Below, piece by piece: positions 19,272 to 28,260 of a DNA stretch of 41,487 bases. Within the stretch, counting starts at the first letter, position 1. Every line of letters starts with the position of its first letter. The notes below the pieces were generated by a model. It was not told the origin of the DNA. It did not search any database and worked only from the letters and a program-made list of their open reading frames with translations. The DNA is taken from contig JABIPM010000040.1 in the NCBI GenBank assembly GCA_018658955.1, forward strand, positions 1-41,487, in the 5' to 3' direction. Both the position numbers and the translations under genes were made by a program. This DNA is from Candidatus Woesearchaeota archaeon. GTDB lineage: Archaea > Nanobdellota > Nanobdellia > SCGC-AAA011-G17 > UBA489.

Positions 19272-19376
19272 ATGAAGCAGCCAAAAAGGTCAAAAACCAA
19301 GATGGACCAGTATATCAAAAAAACGCATGATAACTGGTCTGTATTAGAAGATTTTGGAATATATTTTTTGCAGTAG
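19272..19376 (+). CDS. Putative 34-aa small protein
   Basis: AGGAGG RBS then MKQPKRSKTKMDQYIKKTHDNWSVLEDFGIYFLQ*, followed by a T-rich tract. Confidence 0.4.
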   Translation: MKQPKRSKTKMDQYIKKTHDNWSVLEDFGIYFLQ

Positions 19377-19465
19377 TATATATCCAAATTTTTTCTTTTT
19401 TCTTTTTAACAACATTTAAAAGCAAGTACAGCCAATAAACTAACATATTAATGGAGGCTTACACA

Positions 19466-19759
19466 ATGAGCAAAGATCTAAAAGACATAATCTCAGAAGA
19501 AAATTACGGAACATCAAGTAATCTGGAACGAGAAAAATATAATGGAACTCAATTACCTAGGCCTTCAAATTACACCGAAGATTTAAAATTTCAAGCAGAT
19601 TTACAAGATGGAATTACTGAATTTCTAAATGATATTGGTTATGATCCATTAACAGATGATGTACAATACCAAGACACTTTATCACCAAATGATGAATTAG
19701 ACATCTTGCACGGAAAAACCTATCATATAGAATCCGGAAGTAAAAGTACTAATTATTAA
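19466..19759 (+). CDS. Acidic hypothetical protein with N-terminal DLKDI motif
   Basis: GGAGG RBS upstream of ATG 19466 (MSKDLKDIISEENYG...). Confidence 0.65.
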   Translation: MSKDLKDIISEENYGTSSNLEREKYNGTQLPRPSNYTEDLKFQADLQDGITEFLNDIGYDPLTDDVQYQDTLSPNDELDILHGKTYHIESGSKSTNY

Positions 19760-19770
19760 CTTGAATTACC

Positions 19771-20361
19771 TCAAAGGTAATTCTTTCTTTCCATTCTTTC
19801 TCTTATATTTTTCATAGTTATCGAAACGTATGTGCGAGACTTATCCAACACCTCAGCAATTTCTATATTTTTATAACCTAAAAGTTTCATATCTACTGAC
19901 AGTAGTTTGGAATAATTTAATCCATAAACTAAATCATCTAATGTTTCTTTGGCACAAACCATATCAAATCCCGAGTGGGCGCGCTTATCTTCAAACCGAT
20001 AATCTCCATTTTCAGAATTAAATTCCTCAGAGTTTATATTTGTAGAATATGTTTGAGGTTTGTTTTCTAATCTCATATATTTTCTTAAAACATTTCTGAT
20101 TCCAAATTGCATATGCATGCTTGCAAATTTTCTAAAATTTAGTCCACTATATTCCCTGTATTTACGTGTAGCCATAAGTAATCCCTCAATGGCACTATCA
20201 TAAAATTCATCCTCTGAAATTTTATAGAATTTTCGACCATATTTTTGAGAAATATTTTCTGCTAAATTCAATAAATAATCTTCATCATTTTCTATTCTTT
20301 CTCTATTTTCCAATGTAAGGATCTTATCCTTTATTCTTTCCATACTTGCCTTAGACAACAA
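19771..20361 (-). CDS. Sigma-70 family RNA polymerase sigma factor-like protein (sigma2 + sigma4)
   Basis: Region 2: DEFYDSAIEGLLMATRKY...FRKFASMHMQFGIRNVLRK; region 4 HTH: GYKNIEIAEVLDKSRTYVSITMKNIRERM; start is TTG 20361 or ATG 20343. Confidence 0.8.
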   Translation of the reverse strand: MLSKASMERIKDKILTLENRERIENDEDYLLNLAENISQKYGRKFYKISEDEFYDSAIEGLLMATRKYREYSGLNFRKFASMHMQFGIRNVLRKYMRLENKPQTYSTNINSEEFNSENGDYRFEDKRAHSGFDMVCAKETLDDLVYGLNYSKLLSVDMKLLGYKNIEIAEVLDKSRTYVSITMKNIRERMERKNYL

Positions 20362-20422
20362 CTCTTAATATTATTATTGGTTTTTCAGATACTCTTAAAA
20401 ATCCAAATTTCAAAGTAAAACT

Positions 20423-20911
20423 ATGAAAAATTTCAAAGAAAACTACAAATTATTACAAGAAAAATACAGTTTACCTTCATATGAAGAATTAGATAAAAAC
20501 TTCGAAATCTTAAATTCAGAAGAAAAAGTAGAATTATCATTCCCTTTAGCATTAGTAAGAAGAAGAATGTGCGAGAAACTATCTTGGATATCTTCAGGAA
20601 TTCAAACAATCATTCAACCGAATCCATCTTCACTAGTTAGTATAGAAGAGTCTTCATTTTTCACAAAAGAAGAAAAGAAGGAAGAGTTAATCAAACTATT
20701 AAAAGAATTAATGCATCTAGTAAGATCTTCAGTAGACTTAGATATAGAAAATTCAGAAGAAAAAGATGCAATTAATATTAATGAAACTTTCAAAAAATGG
20801 ACTGAACTAAAACCTAAAATAAAAGAATTTAGTAAAAAGATGAAAGATGGTTGGAAAAAAGAAACAAAAGTTACTAAAAAACCAAAAACCACTCACAATT
20901 ACTTGGGTTAG
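20423..20911 (+). CDS. Conserved hypothetical helical protein
   Basis: KYSLPSYEELDKNFEI...IIQPNPSSL...E..FF pattern; C-terminal YLG. Confidence 0.7.
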   Translation: MKNFKENYKLLQEKYSLPSYEELDKNFEILNSEEKVELSFPLALVRRRMCEKLSWISSGIQTIIQPNPSSLVSIEESSFFTKEEKKEELIKLLKELMHLVRSSVDLDIENSEEKDAININETFKKWTELKPKIKEFSKKMKDGWKKETKVTKKPKTTHNYLG

Positions 20912-20948
20912 CCAAAACCTTAATAAATTTAGATTCGACCTTATAATT

Positions 20949-21548
20949 ATGAAAAAGGGACAGGTGTATCTTCTAGCAGTAATTATTATGGGATTTCTAA
21001 TCTACACAATGTTAACTCCCGTAAACTTTCTAAAAACTTCAGAGATAGAAGACGATTTTCAAGAAATTTCTAAAAATTATCAATTAGAAAGTGCAAAACT
21101 TCTAAATGAATTATTAAACACTCAAAACGTAAATCAAAATTTTGTAGAAGAAAGATTTCTTAATTTCACTGTTGCATTTACTTCATACTCCAAATCAAAG
21201 AATCCTAACTTTGGATTAGTTTATGCATTTCCATTTAACAACAAAGTTTTTTTAGGAAATTATGCAGATTCACCCCTAAATTATTCATCTACTGATCAAA
21301 TAGTGGGATGTCTTTCGGATGTAACTGCTTCAATATCTTTTGCGGGATTAAACATATCTTCTCCAAATATAGATGTGGATAACTACAGGCAATGTATAAA
21401 TTCAACAACTTACCCTCAAGAGGATAAACTAATATTAACTTTAGACGGTTTAGAATATCCTTTTACTTTAACATCCTCAAGTTCAAACTTAGTAATAATC
21501 AACAAAGAAAGCATTGAAGGAAATACTAAAATATTCATAAGTGAATAA
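20949..21548 (+). CDS. Minor pilin-like protein (class III signal peptide)
   Basis: True start MKKG/QVYLLAVIIMGFLIY at ATG 20949. Confidence 0.75.
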   Translation: MKKGQVYLLAVIIMGFLIYTMLTPVNFLKTSEIEDDFQEISKNYQLESAKLLNELLNTQNVNQNFVEERFLNFTVAFTSYSKSKNPNFGLVYAFPFNNKVFLGNYADSPLNYSSTDQIVGCLSDVTASISFAGLNISSPNIDVDNYRQCINSTTYPQEDKLILTLDGLEYPFTLTSSSSNLVIINKESIEGNTKIFISE

Positions 21549-21583
21549 AAAAACTAATAAACCAAATAAATCACTATAATAAC

Positions 21584-22015
21584 ATGCAAAATAACAAAAG
21601 AGGAATCTCGCCAGTAATCAGTTGGATATTAATAATTGGTTTTACCATGACTTTGGCAGGTTTTTCAATGACCTGGATGAGAGAAACAGCATCAACAACA
21701 TCTGAAAAAATGGTAGATAATATAGGCACCGATTTAGAATGTGGAGATGTTTCAATAAATGCATATAACACTTCAGGAAGCTGTGCAAAGATAAATATCA
21801 CTAACAAGGGATTTTTTACAATTACAGGAGTAAAGTTTAGATCAGGAAAGGGATTAAGCAATATTACCCAAACAATAATTCCAACAACTGAAATAGAAAT
21901 AAGTACTGGGGTAACTAATTTTTTACCAAATAATGAACTCGGAATAATTCCTGAAATATCTTATAAAGATAAAACACTAGTTTGTATAAATAAAGAGATT
22001 AGAATAAAATGTTAA
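21584..22015 (+). CDS. Archaeal type IV pilin
   Basis: KRG/ISPVISWILIIGFTMTLAG class III signal peptide. Confidence 0.9.
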   Translation: MQNNKRGISPVISWILIIGFTMTLAGFSMTWMRETASTTSEKMVDNIGTDLECGDVSINAYNTSGSCAKINITNKGFFTITGVKFRSGKGLSNITQTIIPTTEIEISTGVTNFLPNNELGIIPEISYKDKTLVCINKEIRIKC

Positions 22016-22464
22016 ACAAAAAAGGAGTTTCACCATTAATCGCAACAAGTATTCTAATTGGATTCGCAGTAGTTATCACCACAATTGCATTTCTTTTTGG
22101 AGGAGAGTTAATCGAAGAGATTCAACAAAAACAAGGAAAGACTTTAACAAAAACAATTCAATGTGATAACATGCATTTCAAAGTTACAGACATTATTAAT
22201 GACGATATTTGGTTATTAAATGATGGGACTACAGATATTCACGCATTCATGTTAAGATATGGGGGAGATGATGCAGAATATATAAATTCTCATTTAAAGA
22301 CTACAATTCCCGAAGGTGGATCAGGAAAAATAACTGCTGCAACCCCTCCAGGGATAGGAGCACTAAAATCATTAACAATTTTTGCTAAAAGTGCTGCAGG
22401 GCCAGAAGGAAGCATAATCTGGGGAACCTGTGGATCTACAGAAACATCTGTAAACTTCCCATAA
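22009..22464 (+). CDS. Archaeal type IV pilin
   Basis: KKG/VSPLIATSILIGFAVVI. Confidence 0.9.
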   Translation: MLNKKGVSPLIATSILIGFAVVITTIAFLFGGELIEEIQQKQGKTLTKTIQCDNMHFKVTDIINDDIWLLNDGTTDIHAFMLRYGGDDAEYINSHLKTTIPEGGSGKITAATPPGIGALKSLTIFAKSAAGPEGSIIWGTCGSTETSVNFP

Positions 22465-22515
22465 TAGCAAACTTTAAGAATAACTAATAATAAAAATTAA
22501 ACGAGGTAATTAACA

Positions 22516-22980
22516 ATGATTAAAAACAAAAGAGGAATTTCACCATTAATCGCAACAGTTCTATTAATTGGATTCGCAGTAGCTCTGGCGGCTGTAGTAA
22601 TGACTTGGGGTCTAGATTTTATTCAATCAACAGCAGACACAACAGAGCAACAAACTGAAAACACATTAACTTGTGCAACAGAACTTTCTTTCACAATAAC
22701 TAATGTAGATCTTACTAGCGGAGAAGTTACAGTAGATAATCGTGGACAAGTAGATATTAGTTCGGTCACTTTTAGAGTTTATACTGCTACTGGAGTAACA
22801 ACTAATGAAACTATTGAAACCATTGCAAAATTTGAAGTTAAAACATTAACACCTACAATCGGGGGAGATAGTTTAGTAGATTCAACAGTAACTAAAGTTG
22901 AAGCAATCGCAACAGTACCTGGAAGTAATGGACAAGGCGACATAACTTGTTCACAAAATTTACAAAAATATCTAATTTAA
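22516..22980 (+). CDS. Archaeal type IV pilin, probable major subunit
   Basis: KRG/ISPLIATVLLIGFAVALAAVV; strong GAGGT RBS; followed by a hairpin terminator. Confidence 0.92.
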   Translation: MIKNKRGISPLIATVLLIGFAVALAAVVMTWGLDFIQSTADTTEQQTENTLTCATELSFTITNVDLTSGEVTVDNRGQVDISSVTFRVYTATGVTTNETIETIAKFEVKTLTPTIGGDSLVDSTVTKVEAIATVPGSNGQGDITCSQNLQKYLI

Positions 22981-22984
22981 GTTT

Positions 22985-23015
22985 AATGGAGTAATCACTC
23001 CATTTTTTCTTTTTA
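22985..23015 (+). terminator. Hairpin plus T-tract terminator/attenuator after the major pilin
   Basis: AATGGAGT-AATC-ACTCCATT perfect 8-bp stem followed by TTTTCTTTTT. Confidence 0.7.
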
Positions 23016-23022
23016 TTTTCCT

Positions 23023-23559
23023 ATGACTATTAATTCCAAAGAAAAGCAAGGCCAAATCTGGATATCTGCAATTCTATTTTTATCAATAGGAGTTATGATT
23101 ATTGTATTAATGCTCTCTGCAATTATGCCTGTAGTAGATAGGTTAGCAGACAGAAACACACTTTCTTCAACAAAGAACCTTTTACTTGAAATTGATGAAA
23201 CAATCAAAACAGTTGCAAGAGAGGGACCTGGAAGTCAAAGAAACTTAGATATCACATTAAACAAAGGAGAATTATATTTTCAAAACGACACATATCAAAT
23301 AAAGTGGATCATGGAAACAGAATCAGAATTAATGGAAAAGGGAATAGATATACCTGAAGGAAACATAGTACAACATCTAAATGCTACAAGAGTAGACCAA
23401 ATATCCAATTTAATGCTCTGGATAACTTCAGATAAATACAACACATCAATTAACTCACGGTTCTCTAATCCTTTCACCGGAAAACACACATTAACAGTAA
23501 AACACACGGGAATAATCCTCCTTAATGAGAATCCATTAATTGAACTAAAAATAACTTAA
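23023..23559 (+). CDS. Minor pilin-like protein (class III signal peptide)
   Basis: KQG/QIWISAILFLSIGV; GPGSQR motif. Confidence 0.78.
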   Translation: MTINSKEKQGQIWISAILFLSIGVMIIVLMLSAIMPVVDRLADRNTLSSTKNLLLEIDETIKTVAREGPGSQRNLDITLNKGELYFQNDTYQIKWIMETESELMEKGIDIPEGNIVQHLNATRVDQISNLMLWITSDKYNTSINSRFSNPFTGKHTLTVKHTGIILLNENPLIELKIT

Positions 23560-23615
23560 TAAGATACTATTAAAAAAGCCAAAACACAGTATATAATTAT
23601 CAAAACTAGAGGTGT

Positions 23616-25205
23616 ATGGTGGATAATTCAACTAAAAGAGGGTCTTCTGAATCAGTGCCTATTCCGGCAGCAGATTTTGGAATAGAAAAAGTTACAGAGA
23701 TTCCATCCTTGCCAGATTTCTCAGAAAAAAGAAAAATAGATATCAAATATCCTTTAATCAAACCTTATACTTACGCACATATTCATTGGGATGATGATCA
23801 AAAAGAAGTGATTTACGAATTAAAAGAACCTTCCTTAAATCTAAAAGAGAAACATGTTTTAAAAGAATTAGAAAAAGGATTAGAAGAATTAATCAATATC
23901 AGTTTCATCAACATCAAAGATAAAGAAGCAGTTATTTCTTATCTAGAAAAAAATGCAAGAGTGTTATTGGCAGAGTTAGGATTAAAACCCCCAAAAGAAG
24001 TATTTCTAAAATTAATGTATTATATCTACAGGGACTTCGTTGGTTTAAACAGAATTGAAGCATTAATGAATGATTACCATATAGAAGATATTGAATGTAA
24101 TGGTTCAAATTTAGAATTGTACATAGTTCATAGAAAGTATAGAAATTTAAAAACAAATATCACTTTCAAATCAAATGATGAATTAACTTCTTTCGTTGAA
24201 AAACTTTCACAAAAATGCGGAAAATATATTTCATATGCTAGTCCGATTTTAGATGGAAGATTACCCGATAAGAGCAGAGTTAATGCAACATACACTCAAG
24301 ATATTTCTTCAAGAGGTCCAACATTCACAATTCGTAAATTTACTAGTGAGCCTTGGAGCCCAATCAAATTAATAGAAGTAAAAACTGCAAGTCCAGAACT
24401 GTTAGCATACTTATGGCTGCTAATAGAATATGAATCAAACATAGTAATAATCGGTGGAACAGGATCAGGTAAAACTTCATTCCTAAATAGTATAGCGTTC
24501 TTTATACCTCCACAATCAAGAATTGTTTCAATAGAAGATACTCATGAATTAAATTTATTACATACTAACTGGCTACCTTCAGTTTCTCGTGAAGCAACAG
24601 GAGTGGGGGCAGAAGGAAAATTCGGAGAAGTTTCTCTATTCACATTACTTAAGGCAAGTTTTAGGCAAAGACCGGACTATGTTATTGTTGGAGAGATTAG
24701 GGGTCAAGAAGCATTTGTTTTATTCCAGGGAGCTGCATCAGGACATCCAACAATGTGCACTATGCATGCAGAAGATGTTGAAACAATGATTAGAAGGTTA
24801 GAAACACCTCCTATTAGTTTGCCCCCTTCTTTAGTAGAAACTTTAGATGCCGTTTGTGTAATGGCGCAAACAAAAATAAATGGTCAAGAAGTAAGGAGAT
24901 TAAAAAGTGTGACTGAAATATTAAAAGTTGGACAGCAAGTAGGATCATTAGAGAAAAATGTTCCATTTGTTTGGGATCCAAAAACAGATCAATTCTTTTT
25001 CAAAAAACAAAGTGCATTATTTCAAAAATTACAAAGAGAGTTTGGAATGGACGAAAAATCTATTCAAAAAGAATTCCAAAGAAGAACAACCTTGCTTTGG
25101 ACCCTATATAAAAAAGGAATTTCCGGATACTCCGAAGTACAAAAAATAATCAGTGCATATTCAAAAACCCCTAACGAAGTGCTAAGAAGATTTAACATTC
25201 CATAA
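23616..25205 (+). CDS. Type IV pilus assembly ATPase (ArlI/TadA/VirB11 family)
   Basis: Walker A GGTGSGKT, Asp box SIEDTHEL, RQRPDYVIVGEIRG, His box GHPTMCTMHA. Confidence 0.95.
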   Translation: MVDNSTKRGSSESVPIPAADFGIEKVTEIPSLPDFSEKRKIDIKYPLIKPYTYAHIHWDDDQKEVIYELKEPSLNLKEKHVLKELEKGLEELINISFINIKDKEAVISYLEKNARVLLAELGLKPPKEVFLKLMYYIYRDFVGLNRIEALMNDYHIEDIECNGSNLELYIVHRKYRNLKTNITFKSNDELTSFVEKLSQKCGKYISYASPILDGRLPDKSRVNATYTQDISSRGPTFTIRKFTSEPWSPIKLIEVKTASPELLAYLWLLIEYESNIVIIGGTGSGKTSFLNSIAFFIPPQSRIVSIEDTHELNLLHTNWLPSVSREATGVGAEGKFGEVSLFTLLKASFRQRPDYVIVGEIRGQEAFVLFQGAASGHPTMCTMHAEDVETMIRRLETPPISLPPSLVETLDAVCVMAQTKINGQEVRRLKSVTEILKVGQQVGSLEKNVPFVWDPKTDQFFFKKQSALFQKLQREFGMDEKSIQKEFQRRTTLLWTLYKKGISGYSEVQKIISAYSKTPNEVLRRFNIP

Positions 25206-25210
25206 TCAAG

Positions 25211-25393
25211 ATGTCTTTAGAATCAATAAAACAAAATGCTCAAAGCATAATCTCTGCAAATGAAAAATACTCCCAACTAGTTCTAAAACCAAATCACGAT
25301 AAAAAAGAAGCAGAAAAATTAAAAAAATACATCTTAACACTATCTAATGCCATTTCTAAACAGATAGGAGAAGTGAAGAAAGATGTCGATTAG
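25211..25393 (+). CDS. Small helical protein resembling the N-terminus of the downstream platform protein
   Basis: 60 aa; fills the gap between ATPase and TadB-like gene; IKQNAQSIIS resembles ISDNAQEIVS. Confidence 0.55.
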   Translation: MSLESIKQNAQSIISANEKYSQLVLKPNHDKKEAEKLKKYILTLSNAISKQIGEVKKDVD

Positions 25394-26648
25394 TGATAAT
25401 GCTCAAGAAATAGTTTCTTTAGTTTCTCAATTGGAAAAAGAACTTGTTCCTAAAAAGAAACATGAAATTATTGAAAAAATAGAAAAGGCAAATCAAAGAA
25501 TTCATTCAGAAGCCTCTTCAGAGTCAAGGCCGTTATTATATACTGGAGTAATGGACAAACTTCCAGTTAAAGAAAGAGCACCAGAACCTTCTCCTCCTGA
25601 ACCAGAAACAATTCAAACTAAACCTATTCAGAAAAAAAGAACATCCCCTAAAACTAAAAAGAAGCTAATGGAAGAATTAAAAATTAATCAAGAAGATTTA
25701 GAAAAAGCTTATCCTAAAAGAAAAACTAAGGTTTCACAAAAAAGCGATTTTACTGTATATGTTACTTCTCCGTTTGGAAAAATTTCAAATCAGTTCTTTG
25801 GAAAGTATGTTTCAAGTTTATTTGATAAAAAGAATTCATTCATTAGAAATTTAGCAGATTCAGTAAGAATCTCAGGAATGCCCATATTATCAAGAACTTA
25901 TATTTGTATGATGTATTTTGCTTCACTAGTCGGCGCAATGATTGCATTGTTTCTAGCAATGGTTGTTTCATATCTAGCAGGATTAAATACATCTGCCATG
26001 ATAATATCTATGTTTATTTCTTTAATTGGCGTAGGAATTTTAGTATTTCTTGGAATGTATGCCTACCCTGCATCAGAAGCAGCAGCAAAATCAAGAGCAA
26101 TAGATAATGACTTACCTTTCGCAACAATTCACATGGCTGCAGTAGCAGGTTCAGGCGCACAACCAATAGCAATGTTTAGATTGTTATTAAAATCCGGAGA
26201 ATACAAAGGCCTAGAGAGTGAAATAAAAAAGATTGTAAATTTAGTTAATCTATTTGGCTATGATCTTTCGACAGCATTAAAGAATGTGTCATTAAGAACC
26301 CCCTCTAGAAGACTTAAAGAATTATTAACTGGAATTGCCTCAACGATTGAATCCGGAGGAAGTCTAAAATCTTATCTTAAAAGTGTGGCAAATGAATCAA
26401 TGGCAACCTACAGATTAGAAAGAAAGAAATATGTTGAATCTTTAGCAACATATTCAGATATTTATACTGGAGTTTTAATCGCAGCACCATTATTATTCAT
26501 TGTGGCGCTTACAATTATAAACATGGTTGGAGGACAGATTGGTGGATTAGAGGTATCTACAATAGCATGGGGTGGAACATTAATTGTTTTACCTATTGTA
26601 AATATATTATTTTACCTTTTCCTAAACATCACACAACCTGGAGAATAA
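25383..26648 (+). CDS. Pilus platform membrane protein (ArlJ/TadB-TadC, T2SSF family)
   Basis: IDNDLPFATIHMAAVAGSG, GYDLSTALK..S.RTPS, TIESGG, multiple TM helices. Confidence 0.9.
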   Translation: MSISDNAQEIVSLVSQLEKELVPKKKHEIIEKIEKANQRIHSEASSESRPLLYTGVMDKLPVKERAPEPSPPEPETIQTKPIQKKRTSPKTKKKLMEELKINQEDLEKAYPKRKTKVSQKSDFTVYVTSPFGKISNQFFGKYVSSLFDKKNSFIRNLADSVRISGMPILSRTYICMMYFASLVGAMIALFLAMVVSYLAGLNTSAMIISMFISLIGVGILVFLGMYAYPASEAAAKSRAIDNDLPFATIHMAAVAGSGAQPIAMFRLLLKSGEYKGLESEIKKIVNLVNLFGYDLSTALKNVSLRTPSRRLKELLTGIASTIESGGSLKSYLKSVANESMATYRLERKKYVESLATYSDIYTGVLIAAPLLFIVALTIINMVGGQIGGLEVSTIAWGGTLIVLPIVNILFYLFLNITQPGE

Positions 26649-26649
26649 A

Positions 26650-27510
26650 ATGTCAAGAGTAAAATTTAAACCAGTATATATGTTGAGCATCTTAGCAGGA
26701 ATTATGATAGTTCTTCTTGCAGTTAAGTTTCAATGGGGTCAAAGATTTTTCTTTCCATTAATCATTTTATCATTAGTTATTTCATCACTTCATTTTTGGA
26801 TCGATTTTTTTACAGAACAGAATAGACAAAAATTAATCGAAGTCATGTTTTTAGAATTTATCAGAAATTTATCAGAATCAATTAAAGCCGGAATTTCTAT
26901 TCCAAGATCTATTCAAAACATAGCAAAAAGAAATTATGGAGAACTAACTCCCTATATCCAAAAATTATCAAATCAAATAGAGTGGGGAATTCCCACAAGA
27001 AAAGCACTTCAAACCTTTGCAGAAGATACAGAGAACAGAGTAATAATAAGGTCCATTGCATTAGTTTCAGAAGCAGAAAAATCTGGAGGAGATATAACAG
27101 ACATATTTTCTTCAGTAGTTGAATCTGTAGTAAGTGTAAAACAAATAAAAGGAGAAAGAAAATCACAAATACATTCTCAAGTAGTTCAAGGATACATAAT
27201 CTATTACGTATTCATTGGAATAATGTTAGTCTTAGACTTATGGTTATTTCCACAACTGACAGGTGTAGAAACATCTTCTTCACTTCAAGCAGGTGCAAGT
27301 GGGATGGGTGGAATGGGCTTAGCTGGAGCAGGTGCAAGCGCATTAGACATGGGTCCAATATTTTTAACATTAATTTTAATTCAAGGATTTTTTGCAGGGA
27401 TAATGATTGGTAAATTCTCAGAAGGAACAATAAAGAATGGATTATTACATTCATTGATAATGATGGTCTCAGCTGCACTACTCATTACAACACTAAAGGG
27501 AGGAATATGA
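26650..27510 (+). CDS. Second pilus platform membrane protein (T2SSF family)
   Basis: FLEFIRNLSESIKAG, NYGELT, QIEWGIP, EAEKSGG, IQGFFAGIMIGK. Confidence 0.9.
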   Translation: MSRVKFKPVYMLSILAGIMIVLLAVKFQWGQRFFFPLIILSLVISSLHFWIDFFTEQNRQKLIEVMFLEFIRNLSESIKAGISIPRSIQNIAKRNYGELTPYIQKLSNQIEWGIPTRKALQTFAEDTENRVIIRSIALVSEAEKSGGDITDIFSSVVESVVSVKQIKGERKSQIHSQVVQGYIIYYVFIGIMLVLDLWLFPQLTGVETSSSLQAGASGMGGMGLAGAGASALDMGPIFLTLILIQGFFAGIMIGKFSEGTIKNGLLHSLIMMVSAALLITTLKGGI

Positions 27511-28259
27511 TATCAAACAAAAAAGGAATTGGATATGTAGACTGGATTATTAGTATGGGATTATTCATACTGGTAGTTTCAATGACCTTCATATATCTTA
27601 AACCTGGAGTCACTCCTGAGTTTGAATCCAAAGACCTTATAGAATTAGTTGAATCTAATTTCCTCAAAGAGTATACTTGGTCTTCAATAAGCATTCCAAT
27701 TGCAGTACATAATTTATCAAGTTCAAATATTACAATAACAGGCGGAACAAACAATCAATGGAATATTTCCTCATACTATCTTAATTATTCTTCATTAATA
27801 CTGCATCCTAATTTTACAACAAACAATGTAATTTTAAAGTGCAAATCCCCGGGAGGCAATTGTAACACTCTTTTACATAACGGAATAAATCAAGGAATAT
27901 ATCTAATTTACTTAAAGAAAGACGGTGCAACAATCAACACATTTAATTTAAGTTACACTTGTAATCCTCCTCCATCAACATCCCCAGATTGCAATTTCAC
28001 AGTAGGTTCAAAAGAAATGTTTACTGGGTGGAACAAAGGAGACATAAATTCAATAACAGAACCCTATCAAACAAAGAAAGACGACTGGTCTTTCCCAGAA
28101 TCTAGGGACTTTTCAATTAAGTTCAATGGAGAGGATATACTAGCCCCAAATTATAAACCCTCAGAGCAAACAAATATTTACATAAAAGAATTATTAATTC
28201 AAACATTAGAAGGTGATGGTTTAAGATCATCTGCAAATACAACAATAAGTGTGTGGTAA
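27507..28259 (+). CDS. Minor pilin-like protein (class III signal peptide)
   Basis: KKG/IGYVDWIISMGLFILVV; ends in VW. Confidence 0.75.
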   Translation: MISNKKGIGYVDWIISMGLFILVVSMTFIYLKPGVTPEFESKDLIELVESNFLKEYTWSSISIPIAVHNLSSSNITITGGTNNQWNISSYYLNYSSLILHPNFTTNNVILKCKSPGGNCNTLLHNGINQGIYLIYLKKDGATINTFNLSYTCNPPPSTSPDCNFTVGSKEMFTGWNKGDINSITEPYQTKKDDWSFPESRDFSIKFNGEDILAPNYKPSEQTNIYIKELLIQTLEGDGLRSSANTTISVW

Positions 28260-28260
28260 A

